From IMG/VR virus record IMGVR_UViG_3300017917_004503, positions 87,374 to 151,373 of that record: 64,000 nucleotides of DNA. One strand, written 5' to 3'. The translations under genes and the position numbers were made by a program. Source of the DNA: a virus. Shown piece after piece: positions 10,179 through 19,936 of the stretch. Position 1 is the stretch's first letter. Every line of letters begins with the position of its first letter. Under the pieces are notes generated by a model. The model saw only the letters and a program-made list of their open reading frames with translations, was not told the DNA's origin and made no database searches.

Positions 10179-10961
10179 ATGACAGAACAAGAGCTTATCC
10201 AAGAAATAGAAGATGCTTTATCGTTTAGCTGTGCTTTACCCTATAATTTAAATCAGGATGAGGTAAAAAGAATAATCAAAAGGGCCAGAGCTTGGTTTTT
10301 GGATAATTATCAATACGCTGTAGAAGATAGAGTTTTTATTTTAGCTAATCAGATATTTCAACATCCAGAGTTTAGACAAACCCGACAAATTAAACTTCCT
10401 GAATCCATAGTTACTGTTTACGAAGTGAGAGAAGTCGGTGGTTATGGAATTTCAGGTAATCCTGATCGTGATTTTAGTGATTCCAAATTGCTTGGTTCTG
10501 AACTTTTACTTTCACCTTTTGTAGGTGACAATCTCGTTTATCGAACTGTAATGTACTCTTATTTTGATCTTGCTAAAGCATATCTTTTAAACACATTTGC
10601 TTTCAAGTGGAATAAAAATAGTAAAAAATTAACAATATTGGGTAGAGATCCGGGAAGATCTGGAAAGGGACAAGCTCAGCTAGCCCAAGGTTTTGGTGTT
10701 GGTGGAACTGATGTTTATATCAGATGCTTCGTATCCCTCAATGACGATGATCTTTTTGCAGATGAACTTTTTATAAGATATTGTATAGCAAAGTCCAAAA
10801 TTGCTTTGGCCAATATGCTTTCTGTTTTTACCTACAATCTTCCAGGAGGTGTTCAGATAAATTCTAGCGACATCAGATCAACAGGAGAAGCTGAATTACA
10901 GGAGGTCATGGATATGATTAATGGTGAAAACACACCTTCTTATTTCTTACAGTGGAATTAA
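10179..10961 (+). CDS. neck protein, T4 gp13-like
   Basis: C-terminal LPGGVQIN motif, size and context. Confidence 0.7.
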   Translation: MTEQELIQEIEDALSFSCALPYNLNQDEVKRIIKRARAWFLDNYQYAVEDRVFILANQIFQHPEFRQTRQIKLPESIVTVYEVREVGGYGISGNPDRDFSDSKLLGSELLLSPFVGDNLVYRTVMYSYFDLAKAYLLNTFAFKWNKNSKKLTILGRDPGRSGKGQAQLAQGFGVGGTDVYIRCFVSLNDDDLFADELFIRYCIAKSKIALANMLSVFTYNLPGGVQINSSDIRSTGEAELQEVMDMINGENTPSYFLQWN

Positions 10962-11026
10962 AATGCTAATATGCTGTGAATATGTGATATTCGCACTATA
11001 TTAAATTTTACCTCGTTTTGGTTTCT

Positions 11027-11034
11027 GATATATA
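11027..11034 (+). promoter_or_regulatory. putative late promoter GATATATA
   Basis: Recurrent intergenic 8-mer resembling T4 late TATAAATA. Confidence 0.55.
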
Positions 11035-11045
11035 ATATCAAAGGT

Positions 11046-11417
11046 ATGAGAGAGATTTATAACAGGGACCCACTAGATCCAAATTACAACCCGTTCCAGA
11101 TTGAAACCACAGATCCGGTTGAGATCTGTGTTGGCCAGCTTAAAATGATGCTTTTATCCAATAAGGGTGAGGTTTTAGGTGATCCCCGATTTGGTCTCAA
11201 TCTTGAGGATCTTATCTTCAATCTAGAACTTTCCGAGACAAGCATTAGAAATGAATTGGATTTATTTCTAAAAACTTATATACCACTCTTTCAGAAACTT
11301 GGTGGTACATACACTTTAAAATTTTTCGCCGGAACCCAAAGAGATATAGCTACATTAGATTTTTCTATACCAGCTAACGGTGGATTGAGCCCGGTTGTTA
11401 CTTTACGAATAACTTAA
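11046..11417 (+). CDS. baseplate wedge subunit, gp25-like
   Basis: KGEVLGDPRFGLNLEDLIF signature; 123 aa; precedes gp6-like gene. Confidence 0.8.
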   Translation: MREIYNRDPLDPNYNPFQIETTDPVEICVGQLKMMLLSNKGEVLGDPRFGLNLEDLIFNLELSETSIRNELDLFLKTYIPLFQKLGGTYTLKFFAGTQRDIATLDFSIPANGGLSPVVTLRIT

Positions 11418-11426
11418 TTGACTATA

Positions 11427-13157
11427 ATGAATATTTTTAAAAAGAACAACATATTAATTAATGGTTTACTAAACGATACTTTCGTTTTTCTTCAAGACAC
11501 TTATAATCAGACTGCTGCCATGTTTACTGTAGCTTCGGCTTGGGGTCAGATTCTTTTTGTTCTTCAAAACCTTTCTCAGATGATCCTGTATTTCATAGAG
11601 GATTCTATAACAGAACTTAATATAGAACAGGCATCAAGAGACTCTTCAATTAGAAGCTTAGCCAGAATAGCTGGATATGATCCTGGAAGAGCATCAACTG
11701 CTCAGGGAGAAGTTATTTTATCCTGGAATAGAAGAGAATCTGATGTCGGTGGAGGTGCAGTTATCATTAACAATAAATCTCAGATAAGATGTGATCAAAA
11801 TGGAAAGGTTTATTCTATGATATTCGGCTCAACCCGTGTTACTCTTCCATTAGCTTCAAGCTCAAGTCCTCTGAGAGTTAAAATAGCACAGGGTGATTTC
11901 CAAACTGCAATTGTAACTGGAACCGGTTTAGCTCTCCAGAGTTTTAACCTACCTTCTGCTAGCGCTGCTTTTCTGGATCAATTTTACGTAGATGTCTATG
12001 TGAACGAAGAAAAATGGAAGATGTTTGATTCTTTATATGATATTCCACTCAACGGTAAAGGATTTATAGTAAGAACCGGTATTCAAGAGGGACTGGACGT
12101 CTATTTCGGAAATTCTAATTTTGGGATGGTTCCTCAGAGAGGAGCCAGAATTAGAATAGAATATCTTCAAACGTCAGGTGTATCTGGAAATGCCGCATCA
12201 ACCAAAGATACTCCGTTGACGTATCGATTTGTATCAACTGGTACCGATTTATTTGGTAGTGAGGTTGACCTTAATAACTATTTGGTGATAGCTAATTCCA
12301 TTGATCCTTCATTTGGATCTAATCCTGAGCCATTAAACCTTGTTAGATTAGTAGCTCCTAAAACATCTAGATCTTTCGTTTTTGCTAATTCTACTAACTA
12401 TGAGATATTCCTTAATAAGCTTGGAATTTTTTCTCAAGTTCAAGCCTTTACGACTTTTGATGATGAGTATTTGGATGATGATAATGTCATTTACATTTAT
12501 CTTGTTCCGGACGTTACCCTAAATATAAGTTCGAATGAAGATTATTTTAGTATTCCAGTATCAAACTTTCTTTTAACCCAACAACAGAGATTAAGTGTCT
12601 TAAACTTAATAGAAGATTCTGGATCTATGATTGCTACGACGGTAGTTAAAATAGTTGAACCTGTTATAACTAGATACGTAGCTAATGTTGTTATTACGAT
12701 GTTTGAAGGATTTGATCCTGAAACCATTAGACAAGAAATCAGAAATAAAATATCCGATTATATGTTAAATCTCAAAAGAAGAGATTTTATACCAAAATCC
12801 GATATGATTGCTATAATAGAGTCAGTTGAGGGAGTTGATTCAGTTTCTTTCTTCTTCGTTGGACAAAAAAATGAAGCTAATCAGATATTAATGAGATCTT
12901 TAACTAATGTTACACCAGCTCAGATGGAACAACAAATAGGACTGAATTCATTCGGTGATATTATAATTGGAAGAAATGAATTGGTTGTTTTAAGAGGTGG
13001 ATGGACAGATAGAAATGGAATAAATTACGAGGAATCTATTACCGCAGGTAAACCTGGACCTTTAAATATTAGTATTTCTAACATAGTTCAGAGAGGATAT
13101 AACTCAGGACTAAATACTGATTTAAAAAGACAAATCATAGCATCATCTACAGTATAA
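11427..13157 (+). CDS. baseplate wedge subunit, gp6/baseplate-J-like
   Basis: ASRDSSIRSLARIAGY, VYFGN..FG.VP..GARIRIEYLQTSG..GN and ESVEGVDSV; ATG at 11427 (TTG 11418 is an alternative). Confidence 0.8.
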   Translation: MNIFKKNNILINGLLNDTFVFLQDTYNQTAAMFTVASAWGQILFVLQNLSQMILYFIEDSITELNIEQASRDSSIRSLARIAGYDPGRASTAQGEVILSWNRRESDVGGGAVIINNKSQIRCDQNGKVYSMIFGSTRVTLPLASSSSPLRVKIAQGDFQTAIVTGTGLALQSFNLPSASAAFLDQFYVDVYVNEEKWKMFDSLYDIPLNGKGFIVRTGIQEGLDVYFGNSNFGMVPQRGARIRIEYLQTSGVSGNAASTKDTPLTYRFVSTGTDLFGSEVDLNNYLVIANSIDPSFGSNPEPLNLVRLVAPKTSRSFVFANSTNYEIFLNKLGIFSQVQAFTTFDDEYLDDDNVIYIYLVPDVTLNISSNEDYFSIPVSNFLLTQQQRLSVLNLIEDSGSMIATTVVKIVEPVITRYVANVVITMFEGFDPETIRQEIRNKISDYMLNLKRRDFIPKSDMIAIIESVEGVDSVSFFFVGQKNEANQILMRSLTNVTPAQMEQQIGLNSFGDIIIGRNELVVLRGGWTDRNGINYEESITAGKPGPLNISISNIVQRGYNSGLNTDLKRQIIASSTV

Positions 13158-13687
13158 TGGAAAACTTTTCACCTTTTTTTCCAGATTCCGAAAGTGGAAT
13201 AAGTTACACGGTTTCTGGTATAAAACCTAAGACGAATAACACTACTTTTTATAAAAGTAATGATGTTTATGATACCGAAGCTCAGGCTTTGGATAGAGCC
13301 TATAATATAGGTTGTTCTGGGTATAGAAGGGTACTAGTAAGTTCACAAGGCCAATATAAATATTCTCCATGTTCCGATGTTGATGTTTATAAAAGCTCTA
13401 TGAAACTGATGCCAAAAATGCCTGTCGATAGAAGATATTATGATTACGATCCAACAGAAAATCCTTATGATGTGAGAGATAGTTTGAATGATAATTTATA
13501 TAATGGATTCGATTACAAAAATGAGATACTAAAAAGAAGTTTATCGAATATAATTTTTAAGGATCCAATAAAAGCTGGGATACTCCACTATTTTAATAGA
13601 GTAGTATTTGGATTGGTTGAAACGACCAAGCAGATAAAGAATTATGTGAACTATACAGTTAAAAACAATAATAGAAGAGTATTTTAA
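13157..13687 (+). CDS. hypothetical baseplate-associated protein
   Basis: Coupled to the gp6-like gene (TAATG overlap); YDTEAQALDRAYNIGCSGY..YSPC motif. Confidence 0.5.
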   Translation: MENFSPFFPDSESGISYTVSGIKPKTNNTTFYKSNDVYDTEAQALDRAYNIGCSGYRRVLVSSQGQYKYSPCSDVDVYKSSMKLMPKMPVDRRYYDYDPTENPYDVRDSLNDNLYNGFDYKNEILKRSLSNIIFKDPIKAGILHYFNRVVFGLVETTKQIKNYVNYTVKNNNRRVF

Positions 13688-13690
13688 GCT

Positions 13691-16600
13691 ATGTCCAATT
13701 TTTTCTATAGAAGACTAGAATTTTTCGATAAAACAGGAAGTCCTTTAAATCTTGATTATGTAGGACCGACCGGACCGACTCCTTTAGATTCGAGATTCAC
13801 TTTCGTGACCGGAGCAACTGCTTCATCTTTGGGGTATTGTTCTGTTAGTCAATTTGATTCTGATCCCGGTTCAATAAGTTTCAACTACACCGATTTTAAC
13901 AATTTCAGTTTAGCTTCTTGGGTTTCAGAAGTTAATGATTTTCTATTGAATGGTGCAGAGGTTTTTTTAAACGGTAGGGTTGCAGGCCAAAATCAGTTTT
14001 CTGGAAAAATCCAGTCTGTGACTGATAATACCACTTTCTTTACAGTTAATTTTTTTCCTGACAGCATACAGGGTCAAAGATTAATAAGTTTAGATAATCA
14101 AATCTTTTTTAATAGCACATATAAATACAGACCTGGCGGTTATTGGAGAGGTAACATTTATTTCGATCCAGTTTCGTCTGGACTTTATGAAAACCAACAA
14201 ATTTTCGTAATCCAGAATTTTGACGTGGTTGGATCAAAATTTTATGGCCACCCGCATACTGGAGTTACAGGTGCAACTGCAGCCAAATGGAGAACCCGCT
14301 GGTATAATGATAGTTACGGCAATACTGATGTTTCTGAAATTATTTTTACCTATAAGATACAAGAAGATCTTTCCGGTGGAGATGGTTATCCCCTTATAGT
14401 TTCGTATCCTAATGTGGTTTACCCTATAGATGTTTATCCAACAGACACTTTAATTTCTGGTGGTTATGTAGAAACTCTTTCTGTAGACTCGTCTGCTTTG
14501 TCAATAAACGTCGCACTTAATGCCAGCGATTTAGCTGCAAACATATATGAGAGAAAATTAATCATAGAAGACATAAGTGCTGGACCGACAGGTCCTATTA
14601 AAGTAGCTGAAATAGATTTTTACGGTGAAGTTGTAGGTGAAGATGAAAGATTCAAAGTCATGTTACAAAACATAGGAAGGGCTTTTTATCCAAGTGACTC
14701 TCTAATTCTAAGAGACCATGATCCATCCGAGCCCTTACCAAATTTTATAGAAATTAATGAAAAGAGAAAAGAACTTCTTTTATCAGGAGAAGAGATTTTT
14801 CCTTATGCTGGAAGTTATAAAGGTCTTATAAGTGCTATCAAATTTTTTGGTTATCAAGATTTGAGAATTAAAGAATATTGGTTAAATCTGGAGTATCAAA
14901 GTTTAAAGCTTGAATCGCCTCTTCAGCAGAATGCACAATTTCTAAATCAAATAAAAAGACAGCAATCAAACGGATATTCTCAATCCTACCAGATTGGTGA
15001 TGTTCTAGATAATCCTAATTCTGGAAAGTATAGAATGGTTCAAACTTATGGACCAGATCAGGATGGGAATTATATTTTAGATGTCTCTAGTGAGGACACA
15101 TTAGTTCCAAGCAGAACTTATAAAAAGACATCTTTGTTTGGTCTTTTTTATGATATTACCAAAACAACTGGTATTGAAGGAGAATTCGGATATCCTGAAG
15201 TTGTTGACGCTTTCCAATTTACACAGGAAGAAGTTTTAATAAAACTTTTTGCACTTAAGGAAAGATTGAAAAGAGACTATCTACCGATTAATGCTAGAAT
15301 AGTTGATATAACAGGAGAAGGAGTTTATTTTAATGTCTATAACACTAAAGCTTGGAGCGACGTTATGGAAAGACCTGATATTGAATCGGGTATTTATGCA
15401 GAGGTCAGGTCAAATCCAGATTTTGGGTTTCTTGAAGATTTAAGAAATTTTGAGATAAGACCCTCAAGCTTAGCAATACAAACTCCAAGCAACTATTATG
15501 ATACTTTTACTATAGACGCTGCTGTTGCAGGTGGAACTGGATCTGCCTTTTTCTTTTCTGGTATTCCTGCTACTGGACCAAACCCAACCTTATCTGTAAC
15601 TGCAGGAAAAACGTATAATTTTAATTTTTTAACCGAAGATTTTGATTTGTTTTTAACAACCAACCAAAATTTAACGCAGTCAGATCCTGTTGGTGTTACT
15701 AATAACGGAGCTACTTCAGGAGGACCAAATCTAACTTGGTATGTTAATCCTCTACAGAGCTCACCTGTCTATTACTATTCTTCGAAGAATAAGTCTTTGT
15801 TGACCGGTTCTATAATCGTTTTACCTTCTGAATTATCTGATCTTGGTAACATCGTTAATCCTCTATCAAATCAACAAATATTTACACCACAGCAGAACGA
15901 ATCGCTTCTTTCTGCCATAGGTAACTTTTATGAACTTAAACAACAAGGACAAATTGTTGAGCTTGGTGATGGTAAATATGATCCACCGTCTTTTATTAAT
16001 CCTACAACGGGAGAACCGTACGAGGTTCCTGTTGGTATGCCTATAATATTAGAACTCATCACTGATGTTTGGACTTGGGACGAGTTGAATATTAATTGGT
16101 CTGCCCTATTAATACCTGTTTTTAGAATAGGAAATAGAGTTCAAAGAAAATCTGACGGAGAATTTGGAAGTGTAACTGCAGTTAATTATTCAACCGGAAT
16201 TTATACAGTACTCCTTGACGATTTAACTGTGATTACTGTGGATGAATCTGAGCTTTTTTCGACCATCCAGAATTATGCTCTTTTAACATGGAAGAATATT
16301 GATTTTTCAAATTTGGTTGAGATTGAATGGATAATAAACAAACCTTCTACCCAATCAGGATCACCTTATAATTTCCAATTTAGAGGATCTATAGTGGACT
16401 TTTATAAGTTAGCCCACTTTGTACCATATACAGGAATTTATCAAGTCACATGTAACATTTATGACGCTTTTAACGCAAAAACCGTTGTTATAAAAAACCA
16501 AGCCATTGTCGTTAATCCTAAAATTGTAGATATCGATGCCTGGACTAGATATAGAGAGGTTGAAGACTACAGATGGACGAACGTTCAAAAATCTTGGTCT

Positions 16601-18892
16601 GATTATGATTCCATTTGGGAGTATCCAGCAGAAGGTGAAACTATCGAACAGCTAGAAAAAAGTATACCTAGTGAGATTCTCGATTTTGCAACATATGGTA
16701 ATAAATCAGAAGAGGGTCAGGATGTTTATGTAAGAGTTCAGGTAGATCCAGTCGGCGCTACTGGTTTTATTAACTTTACTCAATCTGAATTTACTATAAC
16801 CGAGATATCTTCAAATTTAATTATTCCTGGTCAATATGCTTTTGCCAAAGTCTACACGTCGACTCCTCATGGCCTAGTCAATGATCAAGAAGTTAGTATT
16901 TTTAACACAATACCTCAGATAAACGGTAGATGGAATGTAACAGTACCTGACGGAGCAACCTCTGAATTTATCATACCAATTACGATTGATCCTTCATGGA
17001 ATAATGTGTTAATATTATCAACACCAACTAGATTAGCCGTAGATGGAAGCTTTTTCACTAATCAGTATTTAACCCCTTCGGGATCTATCGAGGTTTTTGT
17101 TAATGGTAGATTGATTGGATCCGCAGAGGCAGGAGATAATTTGTACACCACTGTTAATTCTATAGTTTCCTCTATAAATTCACTACGAACATTCCCTGAT
17201 TATTTTGCTTCTTGTACTGTTCCAAGTGAGGATCCAGTAACACTTTTGATTAGTGCTCCAAATGAACTTGGTGCTGATCAAAATGGAGTCGAGTTAACGT
17301 ATAATGTCTCCGGATCTCTATCGGTTTCGTCATATTCTACTGGACTTTCAGGAGGATCTAGCATTACTGAATCCTATGTTTATTGGAGTGAATCTAGTGA
17401 AGAATATCCAAACGCTAACCTAAAATATTGGGGAACTAAAAATCTGGATTGGAATATTTTTACAGAAAATTCATGGGATGACGCTTATGCCCATTCTTGG
17501 TTTGACTTTGAGTTTAATAATGATTGGTTGGGTGGATTTGAACTTCATAATTTGTCTCCTGGAGATTTTGTAAAAGTTAGTACAGCTAATGAATTTTTCC
17601 CCTTTCCTATTGGGATAACAGTTCAGCCGGGTGTTTCTAGCTTAAGTGTTCAAGAATTGGCAGATCAGCTCAATAATTCATCGGACCCAAATATAACTAA
17701 TTTCTACTATAGACCAATACCAAATGAAAATGGAGATTCTGATGTTGATAGTCCACCTATTAATTTAGAAATACAAAACACATTAATACCAGCTTCAGCA
17801 TATTCTCCTGCACTCTCATTGATTGGGGGAAGTGGAGTATTGATAGCTAATTTCACATACACTGGAGGCACAGTTTTATTACCGACAACAACAACCACTA
17901 CTAGTACATCGACTAGTACAACAACGACAACAACTGCACCTCCAACCAGTACGACAACATCGACTTCGACAACATCGACAACATCGACAACAACTGCACC
18001 TCCGACTAGTACGACAACATCGACTTCGACAACATCGACAACGACTATTGCTCCAACGTCTACAACGACATCGACAACATCGACTAGTACGACTACGACA
18101 TTGCCACCAGGAACTTTTACTTTGAGTACTTCTGGAATTTCTAACATCCTTACATCGTATGGATTTGCACAGACTTCTCCTTTCAGTATTTCTTATCTTT
18201 CTGGAACGAACCTTACACCAGGATCACCTGTAACATTTACCCCTACTTTTGGTAACAGTGGTGTTATATTAGCTTCGAGCTCATCGACCACACCATCAAC
18301 ACAACTTGTTTTCCAAACTGCTCCAACGACAGTTAGCGCATCAATGATAACATATCCTGGAGGGGCAATTTACATAGGAACTGTCACAGGTACTGGAACT
18401 ACTAGAAACGTTGTATGGTCTTCTGTTAATTTGGTTGGTATAACTTCTATGGCTGTAAATATTACTGCTTCGACTTTAACAACCACAACTAGTACAAGTA
18501 CCACAACAACAAGTACAAGTACTTCAACCACGACAACTACGACAACGTTAGCCCCAGGAACAGGTAAATTTAAGAACAGTGGATCAATAGTTATGACATC
18601 ATATAGCTTAAATCAGACTGCACCATTTAGCACATCTCTTACATCTGGATCTAATCTAACACCAACTAGTTCTGCAACTTTTAGTGCTTACTTTAACTCT
18701 GGAACCTCTTTACAGTCTTCTGTGACGTTCAATAGTTCTCCTACAACAGTTACCGCTACTTTAACGAGATATCCTTCAGGAACAACAACTAATGGATCTA
18801 TAACAGGAAGCGGAAGTAGTAGAACAATAAGCTGGAGCGCAGTAGATCTTTCAACCTCTACATCTTACCAGATACAGATTGGTGGATCTTAA
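13691..18892 (+). CDS. large baseplate wedge protein (gp7-like) with mucin-like Thr-rich linkers and two C-terminal beta domains
   Basis: FPYAGSYKGLISAIKFFGY..IKEYW resembles the gp7/gpI tail-formation core; follows gp25 and gp6; 1733 aa. Confidence 0.6.
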   Translation: MSNFFYRRLEFFDKTGSPLNLDYVGPTGPTPLDSRFTFVTGATASSLGYCSVSQFDSDPGSISFNYTDFNNFSLASWVSEVNDFLLNGAEVFLNGRVAGQNQFSGKIQSVTDNTTFFTVNFFPDSIQGQRLISLDNQIFFNSTYKYRPGGYWRGNIYFDPVSSGLYENQQIFVIQNFDVVGSKFYGHPHTGVTGATAAKWRTRWYNDSYGNTDVSEIIFTYKIQEDLSGGDGYPLIVSYPNVVYPIDVYPTDTLISGGYVETLSVDSSALSINVALNASDLAANIYERKLIIEDISAGPTGPIKVAEIDFYGEVVGEDERFKVMLQNIGRAFYPSDSLILRDHDPSEPLPNFIEINEKRKELLLSGEEIFPYAGSYKGLISAIKFFGYQDLRIKEYWLNLEYQSLKLESPLQQNAQFLNQIKRQQSNGYSQSYQIGDVLDNPNSGKYRMVQTYGPDQDGNYILDVSSEDTLVPSRTYKKTSLFGLFYDITKTTGIEGEFGYPEVVDAFQFTQEEVLIKLFALKERLKRDYLPINARIVDITGEGVYFNVYNTKAWSDVMERPDIESGIYAEVRSNPDFGFLEDLRNFEIRPSSLAIQTPSNYYDTFTIDAAVAGGTGSAFFFSGIPATGPNPTLSVTAGKTYNFNFLTEDFDLFLTTNQNLTQSDPVGVTNNGATSGGPNLTWYVNPLQSSPVYYYSSKNKSLLTGSIIVLPSELSDLGNIVNPLSNQQIFTPQQNESLLSAIGNFYELKQQGQIVELGDGKYDPPSFINPTTGEPYEVPVGMPIILELITDVWTWDELNINWSALLIPVFRIGNRVQRKSDGEFGSVTAVNYSTGIYTVLLDDLTVITVDESELFSTIQNYALLTWKNIDFSNLVEIEWIINKPSTQSGSPYNFQFRGSIVDFYKLAHFVPYTGIYQVTCNIYDAFNAKTVVIKNQAIVVNPKIVDIDAWTRYREVEDYRWTNVQKSWSDYDSIWEYPAEGETIEQLEKSIPSEILDFATYGNKSEEGQDVYVRVQVDPVGATGFINFTQSEFTITEISSNLIIPGQYAFAKVYTSTPHGLVNDQEVSIFNTIPQINGRWNVTVPDGATSEFIIPITIDPSWNNVLILSTPTRLAVDGSFFTNQYLTPSGSIEVFVNGRLIGSAEAGDNLYTTVNSIVSSINSLRTFPDYFASCTVPSEDPVTLLISAPNELGADQNGVELTYNVSGSLSVSSYSTGLSGGSSITESYVYWSESSEEYPNANLKYWGTKNLDWNIFTENSWDDAYAHSWFDFEFNNDWLGGFELHNLSPGDFVKVSTANEFFPFPIGITVQPGVSSLSVQELADQLNNSSDPNITNFYYRPIPNENGDSDVDSPPINLEIQNTLIPASAYSPALSLIGGSGVLIANFTYTGGTVLLPTTTTTTSTSTSTTTTTTAPPTSTTTSTSTTSTTSTTTAPPTSTTTSTSTTSTTTIAPTSTTTSTTSTSTTTTLPPGTFTLSTSGISNILTSYGFAQTSPFSISYLSGTNLTPGSPVTFTPTFGNSGVILASSSSTTPSTQLVFQTAPTTVSASMITYPGGAIYIGTVTGTGTTRNVVWSSVNLVGITSMAVNITASTLTTTTSTSTTTTSTSTSTTTTTTTLAPGTGKFKNSGSIVMTSYSLNQTAPFSTSLTSGSNLTPTSSATFSAYFNSGTSLQSSVTFNSSPTTVTATLTRYPSGTTTNGSITGSGSSRTISWSAVDLSTSTSYQIQIGGS
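17881..18100 (+). repeat. low-complexity coding repeat (poly-Thr/Ser, TTTSTSTT..APPTS)
   Basis: acaacatcgac-type repeats; a second Thr tract lies at about 18470-18547. Confidence 0.9.
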
Positions 18893-18894
18893 TC

Positions 18895-18922
18895 GGAACT
18901 TTAACTTGCTTTTCTGATAAAA
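18895..18922 (+). promoter_or_regulatory. putative promoter GGAAC-N18-TAAAA
   Basis: Same bipartite motif occurs at 7522, 49577 and 58100. Confidence 0.45.
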
Positions 18923-18928
18923 TTTTTT

Positions 18929-19894
18929 ATGATTAATAAAAAGATTACTTTTATATGCGCACAGCCAGATGTGCCATATTTTCACTGGCAAGTTGAGGTT
19001 TTTTTACATAATGCAATGAAAAACGGTATTAATCCAAATTGGATTGAAATACTTTTTGCTTATGATACAAGCCCTTCGAATGCTGGTGTTTCTTTAGCCT
19101 CTAGATACCCTTATGTTAGGTTCTTTTTTTATAAAAAAACCCCATGCGAGAACTATGGGTATATTCCAATATTAAGACCAGATATTCTTGAGCAACACTT
19201 CGAGAGATTTCCACAGCTTTCTCAAGAACCAATTTTCTATCATGACTCTGATATAATTTTTAGAGAATTACCTGATTTTGAAAGTCTTCTATCTGATGAT
19301 AAATGGTATTTCAGTGACACAGTTTCTTATATTGGATCGAACTATATAAGGAGTAAATCAGAAGAGCTATTTGAGAATATGTGCGAAATAGCAGAGGTTC
19401 CCAAAGAATTAGTGATGGAAAATGAATTAAACTCCGGTGGTGCTCAATATCTAATGAAGGGAATAGATCATTTATTTTGGAGAGATGTGAAGAATGTTTC
19501 TTTAGACCTTTATAAATATATGCTTAAAAGGGAGGAAGACGAAAGAATCACCTTATCTTCGGATCAGCTTCTTCATTATAATCCTATCCAAAAGTGGTGT
19601 GCTGATATGTGGGCCGTTTTTTGGTGTGGTCTTAAAAGAGGGGCACAGATAAGAATATCTAATGAGTTAAGCTTTAGTTGGGGGTCAACTTACGGACAGG
19701 ATGAATGGAATAAGCATAAGATTTATCACAATGCTGGAGTTGTGAATAATCAGGACGGTAAGGTTTTTTACAAAGGAGAATTTATAGATAAATCCCCTTT
19801 CGATCACGATTTTTCACAAATAGATCCACAACATAACACGTACAATTATGTTCAAGCTATTTTATATGCTAAAGAAAAACGTTCTTTAGTATAG
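18929..19894 (+). CDS. GT-A glycosyltransferase resembling peptidyl-Ser/Hyp O-glycosyltransferases (SERGT1/HPAT-like)
   Basis: YFHWQ, YIPILRP, HDSDIIF (DxD), GGAQY, WCADMW and YHNAG in the order seen in GT95/GT96-type enzymes. Confidence 0.65.
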   Translation: MINKKITFICAQPDVPYFHWQVEVFLHNAMKNGINPNWIEILFAYDTSPSNAGVSLASRYPYVRFFFYKKTPCENYGYIPILRPDILEQHFERFPQLSQEPIFYHDSDIIFRELPDFESLLSDDKWYFSDTVSYIGSNYIRSKSEELFENMCEIAEVPKELVMENELNSGGAQYLMKGIDHLFWRDVKNVSLDLYKYMLKREEDERITLSSDQLLHYNPIQKWCADMWAVFWCGLKRGAQIRISNELSFSWGSTYGQDEWNKHKIYHNAGVVNNQDGKVFYKGEFIDKSPFDHDFSQIDPQHNTYNYVQAILYAKEKRSLV

Positions 19895-19907
19895 GTTAAT
19901 TTATCCG

Positions 19908-19915
19908 GATATATA
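19908..19915 (+). promoter_or_regulatory. putative late promoter GATATATA
   Basis: Recurrent intergenic motif. Confidence 0.55.
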
Positions 19916-19936
19916 AAATTAAACATAAATTCCTGA

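Noticed and set aside
10968-11002. Imperfect hairpin after the neck gene (TGTGAATAT-GTG-ATATTCGCA)
   Set aside because: Weak AT-rich stem with no adjacent U tract; not enough to call a terminator or ncRNA
17707-18147. Val-rich minus-strand ORF
   Set aside because: Antisense shadow of the poly-Thr tract
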